DNA from: a bacterium UBA2214
GTDB taxonomy: Bacteria > Zhuqueibacterota > Zhuqueibacteria > Residuimicrobiales > Residuimicrobiaceae
Length of the DNA: 47,554 nt
Reading direction: 5' to 3'
NCBI GenBank assembly: GCA_002327255.1
Contig: DCUM01000073.1
Coordinates: 1-47,554 of the forward strand
The notes under the pieces were generated by a model. The model was not told the origin of the DNA, did no database searches, and saw only the letters and a program-made list of their open reading frames with translations. A program made the position numbers and the translations under genes. Every line of letters begins with the position of its first letter. Within the stretch, counting starts at the first letter, position 1. Shown here one piece after another: positions 21,160-29,586 of the stretch.

Positions 21160-22857
21160 TCAGCGTATATCCTTGAGCCGTAATTGTATCATTTTGCGCC
21201 CCATGTATTCATTCTCTTCCAGGAGGTAAGTCAAATCCAGGCCGCGCTCGGTCTGCTGCGTCCGCGGCAGATGAGCGCCCATGCCGAAGCCTATGGCTTC
21301 AAAAACGGCATTCCCTTCGCGCACCTTGAATTTGAGATGATTGCCGCCGACGATGACCGGATTGCCCACGACCTGCAAATTGCGCGACATGAAGACCGGG
21401 CGCATGTTTTGCGGGCCATAGGGGGCGAACATGCGCAACAATTTGATAAACGTCTCATCGATCTCCTGCAGATGCAGTTCCGCCTCGATGGCCAATTTCG
21501 GGATCAGCTGTTCACCATCGAGACGCGCGGCAGCCACCGCCTCGAATCTTTCACAGAAAGCGGGGATATTATTTTCCTCGATGGACAAACCCGCGGCATA
21601 CTTGTGGCCGCCAAATCCGATGAGAAGGTCTTCGCAACTTTTCAGGGCATCATGCAGATCGAACCCCTCGATGCTGCGCGCTGATCCTTTGCCCACGCCA
21701 TTTTCGATGGAGATCAGGACCGTTGGGCGGTAAAATCGCTCGACAACGCGCGAAGCCACGATACCGATCACGCCCGAATGCCATCCGCGTTGATATAAAA
21801 TCAATGCCCTGGTGCGTTCGTCCTGGAATTTCTGTTCGGCCAGTACCAGGGCCTGGCGGAAAGTCTCTTCGTCGACATTTTTGCGGTGACGGTTTTCCTG
21901 TTCGAGGACATTGGCGATCTCCAGTGCTTCAGCGGGGTCGGATGTACTGAGCAGTTTCACGGCGCGCTCGGCGTCTCCCATGCGCCCCACCGCATTGATG
22001 CGTGGTGCCAGGATGAAGACAATATGCCCGGTGCTGATATCCTTGCCGGAGAGTCCGGCGACCTGAAACAACGCCTTGATGCCGAGGTTTTCGCTCTCGT
22101 TGAGGCGATCGAGTCCCGCCTTGACAAAGATACGATTTTCATCGACCAGCGGCACGATGTCAGCCGCCGTGCCGATGGCGACCAGTTCGAGATAATTTTC
22201 GAGAATGGAGAGGTCATATTTCATGCGCAGCAGCAAGCCCTGGCAGAGCTTGTAGGTAACGCCCACACCGGCCAGCTCGCGGAAAGGATAGGGGCAGTCG
22301 TTGCGTTTGGGATCCAGGACAGCCAGTGCATTGGGCAGTGTTGGCCCGGGTTCGTGGTGATCGCTGACCAGCACATCCATGCCCAGACTGCGCGCCAGCT
22401 CGATCTCCGCGTGTCCGGTGATACCACAATCGACGGTGATGATGAGGCCGGTTCCCCGCTCTTTGGCCGCCTCGATGCCCTGGGGCGAGAGGCCGTATCC
22501 CTCCAGTTGGCGATCGGGGATATAGTAGTCGACATTGGCACCGAGTTCCCTGAGGATGAGATAGAGAAAGGAGACGGAGGTGATGCCATCGACATCATAA
22601 TCACCATAGATGAGAATTTTTTCATCGCTCAAGACGGCGCGGCGCAGGCGCTCCACGGCCTGATGCATATCCCGCATGATGAAAGGATCATAGAGAAGAT
22701 CGAGCGAAGGCCGGAAAAATCGTCTTGCGGCGTCAGCATCTGTAATCCCCCTGCGCAGCAACATCTTGGTGATGATTTCGGGAATTCGCAGGCTTTGTGA
22801 TAGTGAATTGACTTCCTGGGATGAAAATTCATCGAGAAGATCCCATCGCAGTTGCAT
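21160..22857 (-). CDS. recJ: Single-stranded-DNA-specific exonuclease RecJ
   Basis: It has the DHH motifs (ILIYGDYDVDGITS; VTVDCG; VSDHH) and a DHHA1 motif (GGHKYAAG). I moved the start to the ATG at 22857 because the longer ORF (to 22983) runs into rnpB. Confidence 0.9.
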   Translation of the reverse strand: MQLRWDLLDEFSSQEVNSLSQSLRIPEIITKMLLRRGITDADAARRFFRPSLDLLYDPFIMRDMHQAVERLRRAVLSDEKILIYGDYDVDGITSVSFLYLILRELGANVDYYIPDRQLEGYGLSPQGIEAAKERGTGLIITVDCGITGHAEIELARSLGMDVLVSDHHEPGPTLPNALAVLDPKRNDCPYPFRELAGVGVTYKLCQGLLLRMKYDLSILENYLELVAIGTAADIVPLVDENRIFVKAGLDRLNESENLGIKALFQVAGLSGKDISTGHIVFILAPRINAVGRMGDAERAVKLLSTSDPAEALEIANVLEQENRHRKNVDEETFRQALVLAEQKFQDERTRALILYQRGWHSGVIGIVASRVVERFYRPTVLISIENGVGKGSARSIEGFDLHDALKSCEDLLIGFGGHKYAAGLSIEENNIPAFCERFEAVAAARLDGEQLIPKLAIEAELHLQEIDETFIKLLRMFAPYGPQNMRPVFMSRNLQVVGNPVIVGGNHLKFKVREGNAVFEAIGFGMGAHLPRTQQTERGLDLTYLLEENEYMGRKMIQLRLKDIR

Positions 22858-22940
22858 CGATTGGCTACTCCGACGATATGGGCAAATTGCGCCGTTGATA
22901 TGGATAAATACATCATTTATTACTGCAGGAAATAATGAAT

Positions 22941-23316
22941 CTCCAAAGCAGGCCTGTAAGCCGAATTCTGTCATCCCGCACATGCGGGAGAGATGATCAT
23001 CTATCTAGGATGCGAGTTGCCCCGCACCTCCAGCGACCTACCCGAGGGTCGAACGAGACGAGCAGCCTCTTCCCTCCTATTTGGTCTTGCTCCGGGTGGG
23101 GTTTACCAGGCTCCTGCTGTCACCAGCAGGACGGTGAGCTCTTACCTCACCCTTTCACCTTAACCCCGGAAGCATCCGGGGATGTCTGCTTTCTGTGGCA
23201 CTTTCCCCGCCTCACGACGGGTCCGCGTTACGGACCACCCTGCTCTGTGGAGTTCGGACTTTCCTCATGCTGGTCTGCCAGGCAGTCAGCACGCGATCAT
23301 CCAGCCTGCTTTGGAG
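22941..23316 (-). ncRNA. rnpB: RNase P RNA, bacterial type A
   Basis: The minus strand reads ...GAGGAAAGTCCGAAC...ACAGAGCAGGGTGGTCCGTAACG...GTTAAGGTGAAAGGGTGAGGTAAGAGCTCACC...GGTAAACCCCACCCGGAGCAAGACCAAATAGG...ACAGAATTCGGCTTACAGG. This can be aligned block by block to E. coli M1 RNA. P1 is formed by CCAAAGCAGGC (5' end) with GCCTGCTTTGG (3' end). The ends are accurate to about +/-5 nt. Confidence 0.9.
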
Positions 23317-23347
23317 AATATTTTGTATCGCTGCGATCTGTCCCGCA

Positions 23348-24061
23348 TCACTCGCGTTCCGGGTCCCATAGCATAATGCGCCCGCAAACCTCGCAGAGGA
23401 ATAACCGGTTCATCATACGAATTTCAAGCCCTCTCTGCGGCGGGATGCGCGAGGAACACTGGTTGCAGGCGCCATCCTTGAGAAAAGCGACGGCGACACC
23501 GCTGCGCCCATGACGAATGCGTTCATAGGTGCTGAAAATGGGCCGTGACAGGCCCGAAGTAATTTCATGACGTCTGCTGAAGAGTTCGTGTTCCTGCTCA
23601 TGGGTTTTGGCCAGCATCTCGTCCAATTGGCGCCGGTTTTCGGAGAGTACATTGCGTTGCTCTTCCAGCTGTGGTATCAATTCAGCCAACTCCGTTTGCA
23701 GGGCCTTTTCCTGATCCTCAAGTTCCAGTACGTTGTATTCATGCTGGTTGATGGCGCTCTCAGTCGTCTCCAGTTCGAGGGTTATGGCATCGTACTCTTT
23801 ATTGGTTTTCACCTGATAGAGTTGGCTCTGGTAACGTTTGAGCTTTTCGCGCAATGTGTCGACTTCAGCGTTTAACGCTCGCATTTCGGCCTGCGCGGTC
23901 GCGATGCGCTGCTGCCGGTCTTTGACCGTCGCTTCCAGTTCGAGCAGCTCGGCCTCTAACGCATTGATTTTCTGTGGCAAATCGCCTTTGGAAAGTTCCA
24001 GGGTGCGGAGTTTGGCATCGATTTCTTGGAGCTTTATCAAAGCTGCCAGGGTTTCTCTCAA
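23348..24061 (-). CDS. COG1579-type coiled-coil protein with C-terminal C4 zinc ribbon
   Basis: 237 aa. A long heptad-rich coiled coil is followed by CNQC...CEVCGRI. Confidence 0.75.
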   Translation of the reverse strand: MRETLAALIKLQEIDAKLRTLELSKGDLPQKINALEAELLELEATVKDRQQRIATAQAEMRALNAEVDTLREKLKRYQSQLYQVKTNKEYDAITLELETTESAINQHEYNVLELEDQEKALQTELAELIPQLEEQRNVLSENRRQLDEMLAKTHEQEHELFSRRHEITSGLSRPIFSTYERIRHGRSGVAVAFLKDGACNQCSSRIPPQRGLEIRMMNRLFLCEVCGRIMLWDPERE

Positions 24062-24107
24062 AGAAGTCTCTCCTCAATTATGGCAAATCGGCTTGGTCCT
24101 TTGGCAT

Positions 24108-24138
24108 AAAAAAAGTGCACCTGAATGGATGCACTTTT
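24108..24138 (-). terminator. Strong intrinsic terminator on the minus strand (weaker on the plus strand)
   Basis: A 9-bp stem (AAAAGTGCA at 24111-24119 with TGCACTTTT at 24130-24138) has a 10-nt loop. On the minus strand it is followed by TTTTTTT. It lies only about 45 nt upstream of the start codon at 24061. Confidence 0.55.
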
Positions 24139-24268
24139 AAGCATAAACAACATGACGGGTTACGCCGGCAAATCCGTGTGCCTCGGGCTTTATTTCATTG
24201 GTTTTCTTTTGCATGCGTCCAATCAACATCATGGTAGAAAAGAACTAGACTGCAAATTCGTACAACAC

Positions 24269-24367
24269 AAAGGCCACAAAGAGCACGAAGGGAATTAATT
24301 GATTAAATATTATAAAATTAACACTTAAATTATAATTGTTATATACTTCGTGTGCCTGGTGGGCTTT
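24269..24367. repeat. Imperfect 22-bp inverted repeat flanking an extremely AT-rich 55-bp spacer
   Basis: AAAGGCCACAAAGAGCACGAAG (24269-24290) matches the reverse complement of CTTCGTGTGCCTGGTGGGCTTT (24346-24367) at 17 of 22 positions. A third, direct copy of the motif (CGTGTGCCT-C-GGGCTTTAT) lies at 24175-24193. Confidence 0.6.
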
Positions 24368-24513
24368 ATGTGAGAAAACAAGGTTTTGAAACCTGTCGTA
24401 CCAACTTATATTATATTCAAGTGCGTTACAGCTGTTGTTACCCTGTTTTATGAATAATTCAGGCTAACAAAGTGATAGAAAATACAGTTTTAATGGCAAA
24501 AATGCAAGAAAAA

Positions 24514-24613
24514 ATTATGCCGGTGAGTAATACCTCACTGACGGGGGGGAAAGCTGTTACAAGCGGCGGATAAGAATGTCCGCCCTCCCATGAGTGAGGT
24601 ATTATGCCGGTGA
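24514..24613. repeat. Palindromic element (12-bp perfect terminal inverted repeat) bracketed by a 13-bp direct repeat
   Basis: The direct repeat ATTATGCCGGTGA occurs at 24514-24526 and 24601-24613. The inverted repeat is TAATACCTCACT (24528-24539) with AGTGAGGTATTA (24593-24604). An inner GGCGGA/TCCGCC stem and a G7/C3TC3 pairing are also present. The right-hand copy covers the stop codon of the upstream gene. Confidence 0.6.
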
Positions 24614-25765
24614 AAAAAGGGTGTATGCCCCATCGCGCATAATTTCTTCCTCCCTTCCATCCTTGTACTGCAGCCTGACCGAGGAGACGAGGATGGCGGG
24701 CTGCGTTTGCGGAATGTAGATGCGGTCGATATGCACCAGTTCCCGGGGTGAGGAGAATTGCCCGGCCCCGACAAAACCGCCGAAGTGGTCACTGCGGCCA
24801 AAAGCGATATGTAATCCCAATTTTTCATCCAGCAATATTTCTCCGACCGGCATCACGCCAAAATCAGCGAGTACGCCGAATCCGAGTTCTGCAATGTTGC
24901 CATAGGCGGGTTCATTCTTCAGCTGCTCATTTTCCATTCTGGCGGCACGGCCCTCTCCATAAGCCTCACGCGCGCGATTTTTTTCCACATGATAGAGAAC
25001 GATTTCCTGACCAAATTGTACCGGCAAATCGCCCTGCGTCTGACTGACAACATCTCTCTCCCCTTCATAGGGAACGATGTAGGTTTCACCGCTGGGCAAG
25101 TTACCCACCATCCCCGCTTCCGGAAAACGTCCGGCACTCAAGTGGGCCGTGCGGTAGCGCAAATCGAGTTTGAAAAAATAACTGGCGGTATTGTTGACGA
25201 GAAAAAAAATGTGCGCTGCCTCCGCAACATCGAGCTTTTGCTTGATGATCTGCAGCCGCCGCGCAATTTCCCGGTAATCAACCTGCAAGGCCGGCAGCAT
25301 GGAGGCTGAAAAGCCGGGCATGGTGGCCGCACGGAAACCATGGGTACGCGCGGCAATTTTCAGAGGGGCCGTGGTCGAGTATTGCGTCGGCGCGAGGAAT
25401 AGCTGCGCCTCATCGAAAAGAGTCTGTGCAGAAATCGGATGACCGTGTGCTGCCAGTTCGTGGGCGTATTGGGGCAGTTCCGCCTCGATGCCATAAAAAT
25501 AATCGGGCAAATCGCCGTTATTGGTGCCGACATTGGCGTAGGCGTTCAACCAGACTTCCTCGAGTCTGAGGGTTTCGCGCGCCACGTGCAGCATATCCCG
25601 AAGCTGCACCGCAAAGGCGCGGCGTTGCTGCCATACTTTTTTATCTTCAGTGGAATCCGATGGCAAATCCACCAGAATCGCCAGCCGCTTGTCCTGAGGC
25701 AATCTCGGGAAAACGGCCTGGATCAGATCGGTTAGTTGTGACGCCCCAAGTTTCTCAAAACCCAT
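24602..25765 (-). CDS. M29 (aminopeptidase T/S)-like protein
   Basis: 387 aa. NLPSGETYIVP and NIAELGFGV...ILLDEKLGLHIAFGRSDHFGG resemble the M29 motifs (NLPGGE / E.G.G.N / LEDEK..G..H.A.G). The assignment rests on motif memory only. Confidence 0.5.
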   Translation of the reverse strand: MGFEKLGASQLTDLIQAVFPRLPQDKRLAILVDLPSDSTEDKKVWQQRRAFAVQLRDMLHVARETLRLEEVWLNAYANVGTNNGDLPDYFYGIEAELPQYAHELAAHGHPISAQTLFDEAQLFLAPTQYSTTAPLKIAARTHGFRAATMPGFSASMLPALQVDYREIARRLQIIKQKLDVAEAAHIFFLVNNTASYFFKLDLRYRTAHLSAGRFPEAGMVGNLPSGETYIVPYEGERDVVSQTQGDLPVQFGQEIVLYHVEKNRAREAYGEGRAARMENEQLKNEPAYGNIAELGFGVLADFGVMPVGEILLDEKLGLHIAFGRSDHFGGFVGAGQFSSPRELVHIDRIYIPQTQPAILVSSVRLQYKDGREEEIMRDGAYTLFSPA

Positions 25766-25985
25766 CTCATTTCCACCGTTATTTGATACTTCGATTCGGG
25801 TGTATATCCCAGCATTATTTTAACATAGTGTTGGCAACATTAAAAAGCAAGAACATTTTTCCCCATACCCTGCAGAGTACGCCCTTCAAGGGAAGCCGGT
25901 GATTATCTGCTTGCGTTACAGCAAATTTATCACTATTTTTTTCAAGTTCGTTATGGCTCCATTCACCAAGCAAGGAGTATCAAGT

Positions 25986-27125
25986 ATGAAACAAGGTGTA
26001 TCGCGCAGGGCGTTCTTACAGACCACGGCAGCCGCGGGACTCGCACTGGGAAGCGGTGCTCTTGCGCATCAGCCCCCTCTTGTCGAAGAGAATACGCAAA
26101 GCCCTGAAATGCCGTTTCGCACACTGGGTCGCACGGGTCTGAAGATGACCCTCCTCGGCTTTGGTGCCATGCGCACCTCTGACCCCGCCCTCATCCGCAA
26201 GGCCCTTGAGATGGGCATCAACAACATCGATACCGCACGCCGCTATATGGATGGACACAATGAGGAGATCGTCGCCAAAGCGGTCGCTGAATTGCGCAAG
26301 GACATCATCATCACCACCAAGATTCCGCCGGGGAGTCCGGAACAGATGCGTGCAGATGTGGAAGCGAGCCTGAAAGCGCTGAATACGGACTATATCGATA
26401 TTCTCCTTCTCCATGCCCTCAAACGCGAAACCGATCTTGCAAATCCCGACTGGCTCGCGTTTCTTGACGAGGTGAAAAAAGAAGGCAAGGTGCGATTTGT
26501 CGGTTTTTCCACCCATACCAATATGGATCTCTTGCTGCTTGAAAACCTCAAAGAGGCGTTTTTCGACGTCGTACTGACCGTCTACAATTTTAAAAGCAAT
26601 GAATCCCTCCGTGATGCCATCGTAGCGGCCGCCGAGGCCAATATCGGCATCATCGCCATGAAAACCCAGGCGGGTGGCTATGAAGATGCCGCCATGGGCG
26701 CCTTGAGTGCACACCAGTCCGCCCTGAAATGGGTCATGAATGATCCCCATGTGGCCAGCACCATCCCCTCCATGGTCACCTATGATCAACTCGAAGAGAA
26801 CTTTAAGGTGATCGACAGCAAGTTGGGCTGGATGGATCGCAAAACGTTGCATCGCTACGGACAGGTCATCGATGAAAGATTGTGCCGGATGTGCGGACGT
26901 TGCGCCGGCCAATGCTCCGCCGGCGTCGCGGTGGGCGACATCCAACGCTGTCTCATGTATGCGGAAGGGTATCGGGACATGGGTCTGGCGCAGTCGAACT
27001 ATGCCGCCTTGTCGGCAGCGGAGAATCTGCAGGCATGCCGCAGCTGCAATGGCTGTACGGTTACTTGTGCACACGGTGTCAACATAAGCGCCAATCTGCG
27101 ACGTGCGCAGCAAATTTTCACCTGA
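25986..27125 (+). CDS. Tat-exported aldo/keto reductase fused to a C-terminal 2x[4Fe-4S] ferredoxin-like domain
   Basis: The start is an ATG at 25986 after AAGGAG. It has the twin-arginine signal SRRAFLQTTAAAGLALGSGALA and an AKR core (IDTARRYMDGHNEE). It also has two CxxCxxCxxxC motifs: CRMCGRCAGQC and CRSCNGCTVTC. Confidence 0.8.
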   Translation: MKQGVSRRAFLQTTAAAGLALGSGALAHQPPLVEENTQSPEMPFRTLGRTGLKMTLLGFGAMRTSDPALIRKALEMGINNIDTARRYMDGHNEEIVAKAVAELRKDIIITTKIPPGSPEQMRADVEASLKALNTDYIDILLLHALKRETDLANPDWLAFLDEVKKEGKVRFVGFSTHTNMDLLLLENLKEAFFDVVLTVYNFKSNESLRDAIVAAAEANIGIIAMKTQAGGYEDAAMGALSAHQSALKWVMNDPHVASTIPSMVTYDQLEENFKVIDSKLGWMDRKTLHRYGQVIDERLCRMCGRCAGQCSAGVAVGDIQRCLMYAEGYRDMGLAQSNYAALSAAENLQACRSCNGCTVTCAHGVNISANLRRAQQIFT

Positions 27126-27135
27126 GAGGTATGGC

Positions 27136-28017
27136 ATGGGACGGATCATTCACTGGGTGCTGGGCTGCATGCTGATCGCCGGCTACCCGCTCGACGCCGC
27201 AAGCCTGGATCACTATTTGCCCATTCCGGATAGAGCGCAAGGATGGCAGTTTGATGTCGAACCAACCCGCTATACAGAAGAAAATCTTTTCGAATACATA
27301 AATGGCGAAGCCGAACTCTATCATGATTATGGTTTCGTGGAGATGATCACTGCGGCCTATGTACGCGGTGAGGAGTATTCTTTCACCTATAGCGTCGACA
27401 TCTACCATATGGGCTCGCCATTGAACAGCTTCGGGATCTACAGCAGCTATCGCCATCCCGGCGCCAACCTGATGGACCTCGGCGCAGAAGCGACGGTTTC
27501 CGAATTGAATTTGCGGTTTTACAAGGGACCCTTTTTTGTGCAGATCAATGCGGGATCGCTGGCGCCGGAGCTTCATGCCCTCATGATAGAGACCGCACGC
27601 TGGATCGCCGAACAAATGCCGGCATCGACGCGCCCCATGGAACTGGGCTTCCTGCCCGCCGCGGATCAAATCGAGAGTTCCCTGAAGTATATCACCAGGG
27701 GTTTTCTCGGCCAATCCGTCTTCCCGGCCGGCTTGACCGCGCTCTATGACGCCGGTTCGGATACCCTGCAAGCCTTCGTGGTCCTGACCAAGACCGCGGC
27801 AGAGGCGGAGCGTGCTTTTCAGGTCTACGGCAGCCACCTCCGCACTCGTGGAAAAGAGCTCGCCGCAGCCCCTGGTGAAGTGGAAGCGGACATACCCCAT
27901 CAGGGGCGTGTCCTCGCCGTGCGCCATCTGCACTGGATTGTGGGATGCATCGGACACCAGGAGCGCCGCAGTGCCGACACGCTGATCGGCCATCTCCTGA
28001 CGGCGTTGGGGGAATGA
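27136..28017 (+). CDS. Secreted hypothetical protein
   Basis: About 293 aa with a signal-like N-terminus (MGRIIHWVLGCMLIAGYPLDAAS) and the conserved-looking block ENLFEYINGEAELYHDYGF. No family assigned. Confidence 0.5.
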   Translation: MGRIIHWVLGCMLIAGYPLDAASLDHYLPIPDRAQGWQFDVEPTRYTEENLFEYINGEAELYHDYGFVEMITAAYVRGEEYSFTYSVDIYHMGSPLNSFGIYSSYRHPGANLMDLGAEATVSELNLRFYKGPFFVQINAGSLAPELHALMIETARWIAEQMPASTRPMELGFLPAADQIESSLKYITRGFLGQSVFPAGLTALYDAGSDTLQAFVVLTKTAAEAERAFQVYGSHLRTRGKELAAAPGEVEADIPHQGRVLAVRHLHWIVGCIGHQERRSADTLIGHLLTALGE

Positions 28018-28045
28018 AGAACCCATACCGGGGCGCGACAGGGTG

Positions 28046-29545
28046 TCAAAAAACGCCGGGCTTGCGAAAATAGAACCACTGCGGCTGGGTTTGCCAGCCG
28101 GTCTTGGGCCGCATCTCCCTTGTTGCCGCGAACGGCGCCACGCGGCGATCATATCTATCCAACAGCTCTTCTGCCAGCCACTCATCGTTCATCACAATAT
28201 GGGTAAATGGCCCGGAATGAATGGCCTGCTGCACTGCCTGGCGCAAGCCCGGATCTCCATGGCGCGCTGTGCTGCGCAGGACATCATCGATGGCGCAGCG
28301 ATGGGCCATGGCGGGATGCCCCGCCAGTACGGCGAGGTGTCCGCTGTCGGGCATCCACACAGGCCCTGCGACGACGGCCAACTGCCGTACCATTTCGTCT
28401 CGTACCCGAATCTCGTCCTTGTTTGGCGTCCAGTCACGCGGATCATAGAGCGCCATCAGCAGCTGCATGAACAGGAATCCCCACACCAGGCTGTTTTTCT
28501 TTCCCATGCTTTTCATCCCCTGATGGGCACCGCTGGCGGCCAGCATGGCCAAAACGGCGTGGCCGGGGATGGCGACGTTATGATAGGAGCCTGAGGGTAT
28601 CTGCGAAATCCAGCTGCCCAGCACGATCGCCCCCGCGAAAAATAACCAAAAAACGCCCTCTTCTGTCATGCGGATTACCCGCTTGATCAGAAACGCCAGC
28701 GCAAAGGCGGAAGCGATGGGCAACGGCTGGATGAAATAGTCCAGCCAAAAATGGTGAATGCGCCAGAGGATGAAGGGGTGATCCCGGGGAACCTGCACAC
28801 AATAATAAGAAAACCATCCGCCTGAACGCCACTCAAGCCAGAGAGTGCCCGCCAGGATTACCATCGCATACGCCACACTGAGTTGCCAGGCGCGCGCCCT
28901 GGGCAGGTGCCACCACGCATAAACGAGCATGGGCAGAGCGATCAGCACGCCGGTCTGCTTGCAGAAAAAGGCAAGAGCCAGCACGACGCCCGCCAGGATG
29001 GTTGAGGATGCCGCGCGGCCGTGGCGCAGCAGGAACCCGCCGGAGAGCAGCAGGGCCAAAAACAGGCTATCGACGCGCGCCAGGCTCCACCAGGCGCCGG
29101 AGCATTCATAGGTGGCGGCGAAAAGGGAGACGGCCAACCAGGCGGCAGCCCGCGAACCGGTTTCGCGCCAACTCCACCACGCCATCAGGCCCATGCTGAA
29201 CAATATCGATACAATCGATAGCAGCCTCAATCCCCACAATTCTGCTCCCCCCAGGGTTGCCAGGAAAGCGCCGAAGTAGAAATAGAGCGGTGTATAGGAA
29301 AATGGAATGAACTCCAGCGAGGGCGCCACATAGATGGCCTGGTGCTGCGCCAGACGGTGAACATGCTCCAACATCCCCCCTTCCATCCACTCCAATTCAT
29401 AGGGAAAGCCGAGATGATGCCAGGATATATAGAGAAAACCGGCAAGAAACAGAATCCCCAGTCCATGACAGGCCGCTGGCACGCCAAACCGTAGCAGGCG
29501 GTTGAAGCGCCATGAGGATATATGCAGGAATCGTACTGCTTGCAT
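28046..29545 (-). CDS. GT-C fold membrane glycosyltransferase (ArnT/PMT-like) with C-terminal soluble domain
   Basis: 499 aa with more than 10 predicted TM helices. An acidic motif sits in the first loop (YELEWMEGG), followed by a C-terminal domain of about 130 aa. Confidence 0.55.
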   Translation of the reverse strand: MQAVRFLHISSWRFNRLLRFGVPAACHGLGILFLAGFLYISWHHLGFPYELEWMEGGMLEHVHRLAQHQAIYVAPSLEFIPFSYTPLYFYFGAFLATLGGAELWGLRLLSIVSILFSMGLMAWWSWRETGSRAAAWLAVSLFAATYECSGAWWSLARVDSLFLALLLSGGFLLRHGRAASSTILAGVVLALAFFCKQTGVLIALPMLVYAWWHLPRARAWQLSVAYAMVILAGTLWLEWRSGGWFSYYCVQVPRDHPFILWRIHHFWLDYFIQPLPIASAFALAFLIKRVIRMTEEGVFWLFFAGAIVLGSWISQIPSGSYHNVAIPGHAVLAMLAASGAHQGMKSMGKKNSLVWGFLFMQLLMALYDPRDWTPNKDEIRVRDEMVRQLAVVAGPVWMPDSGHLAVLAGHPAMAHRCAIDDVLRSTARHGDPGLRQAVQQAIHSGPFTHIVMNDEWLAEELLDRYDRRVAPFAATREMRPKTGWQTQPQWFYFRKPGVF

Positions 29546-29586
29546 GAATTTCTTGATTTTGCCTGGTTATATGGTTAATTTCTGTC

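Noticed and set aside
22858-22983. N-terminal 42-codon extension of the recJ ORF (MCGMTEFGLQ...).
   Set aside because: It overlaps the 3' part of the RNase P RNA (P1 strand GCCTGCTTTGG at 22943-22953). RecJ-like sequence only begins after the ATG at 22857.
25832-25849. Sigma-54-like promoter TGGCAACATTAAAAAGCA in the divergent region upstream of the AKR gene.
   Set aside because: The GG-to-GC spacing is two nt longer than the canonical GG-N10-GC, and no enhancer-binding protein gene is nearby.
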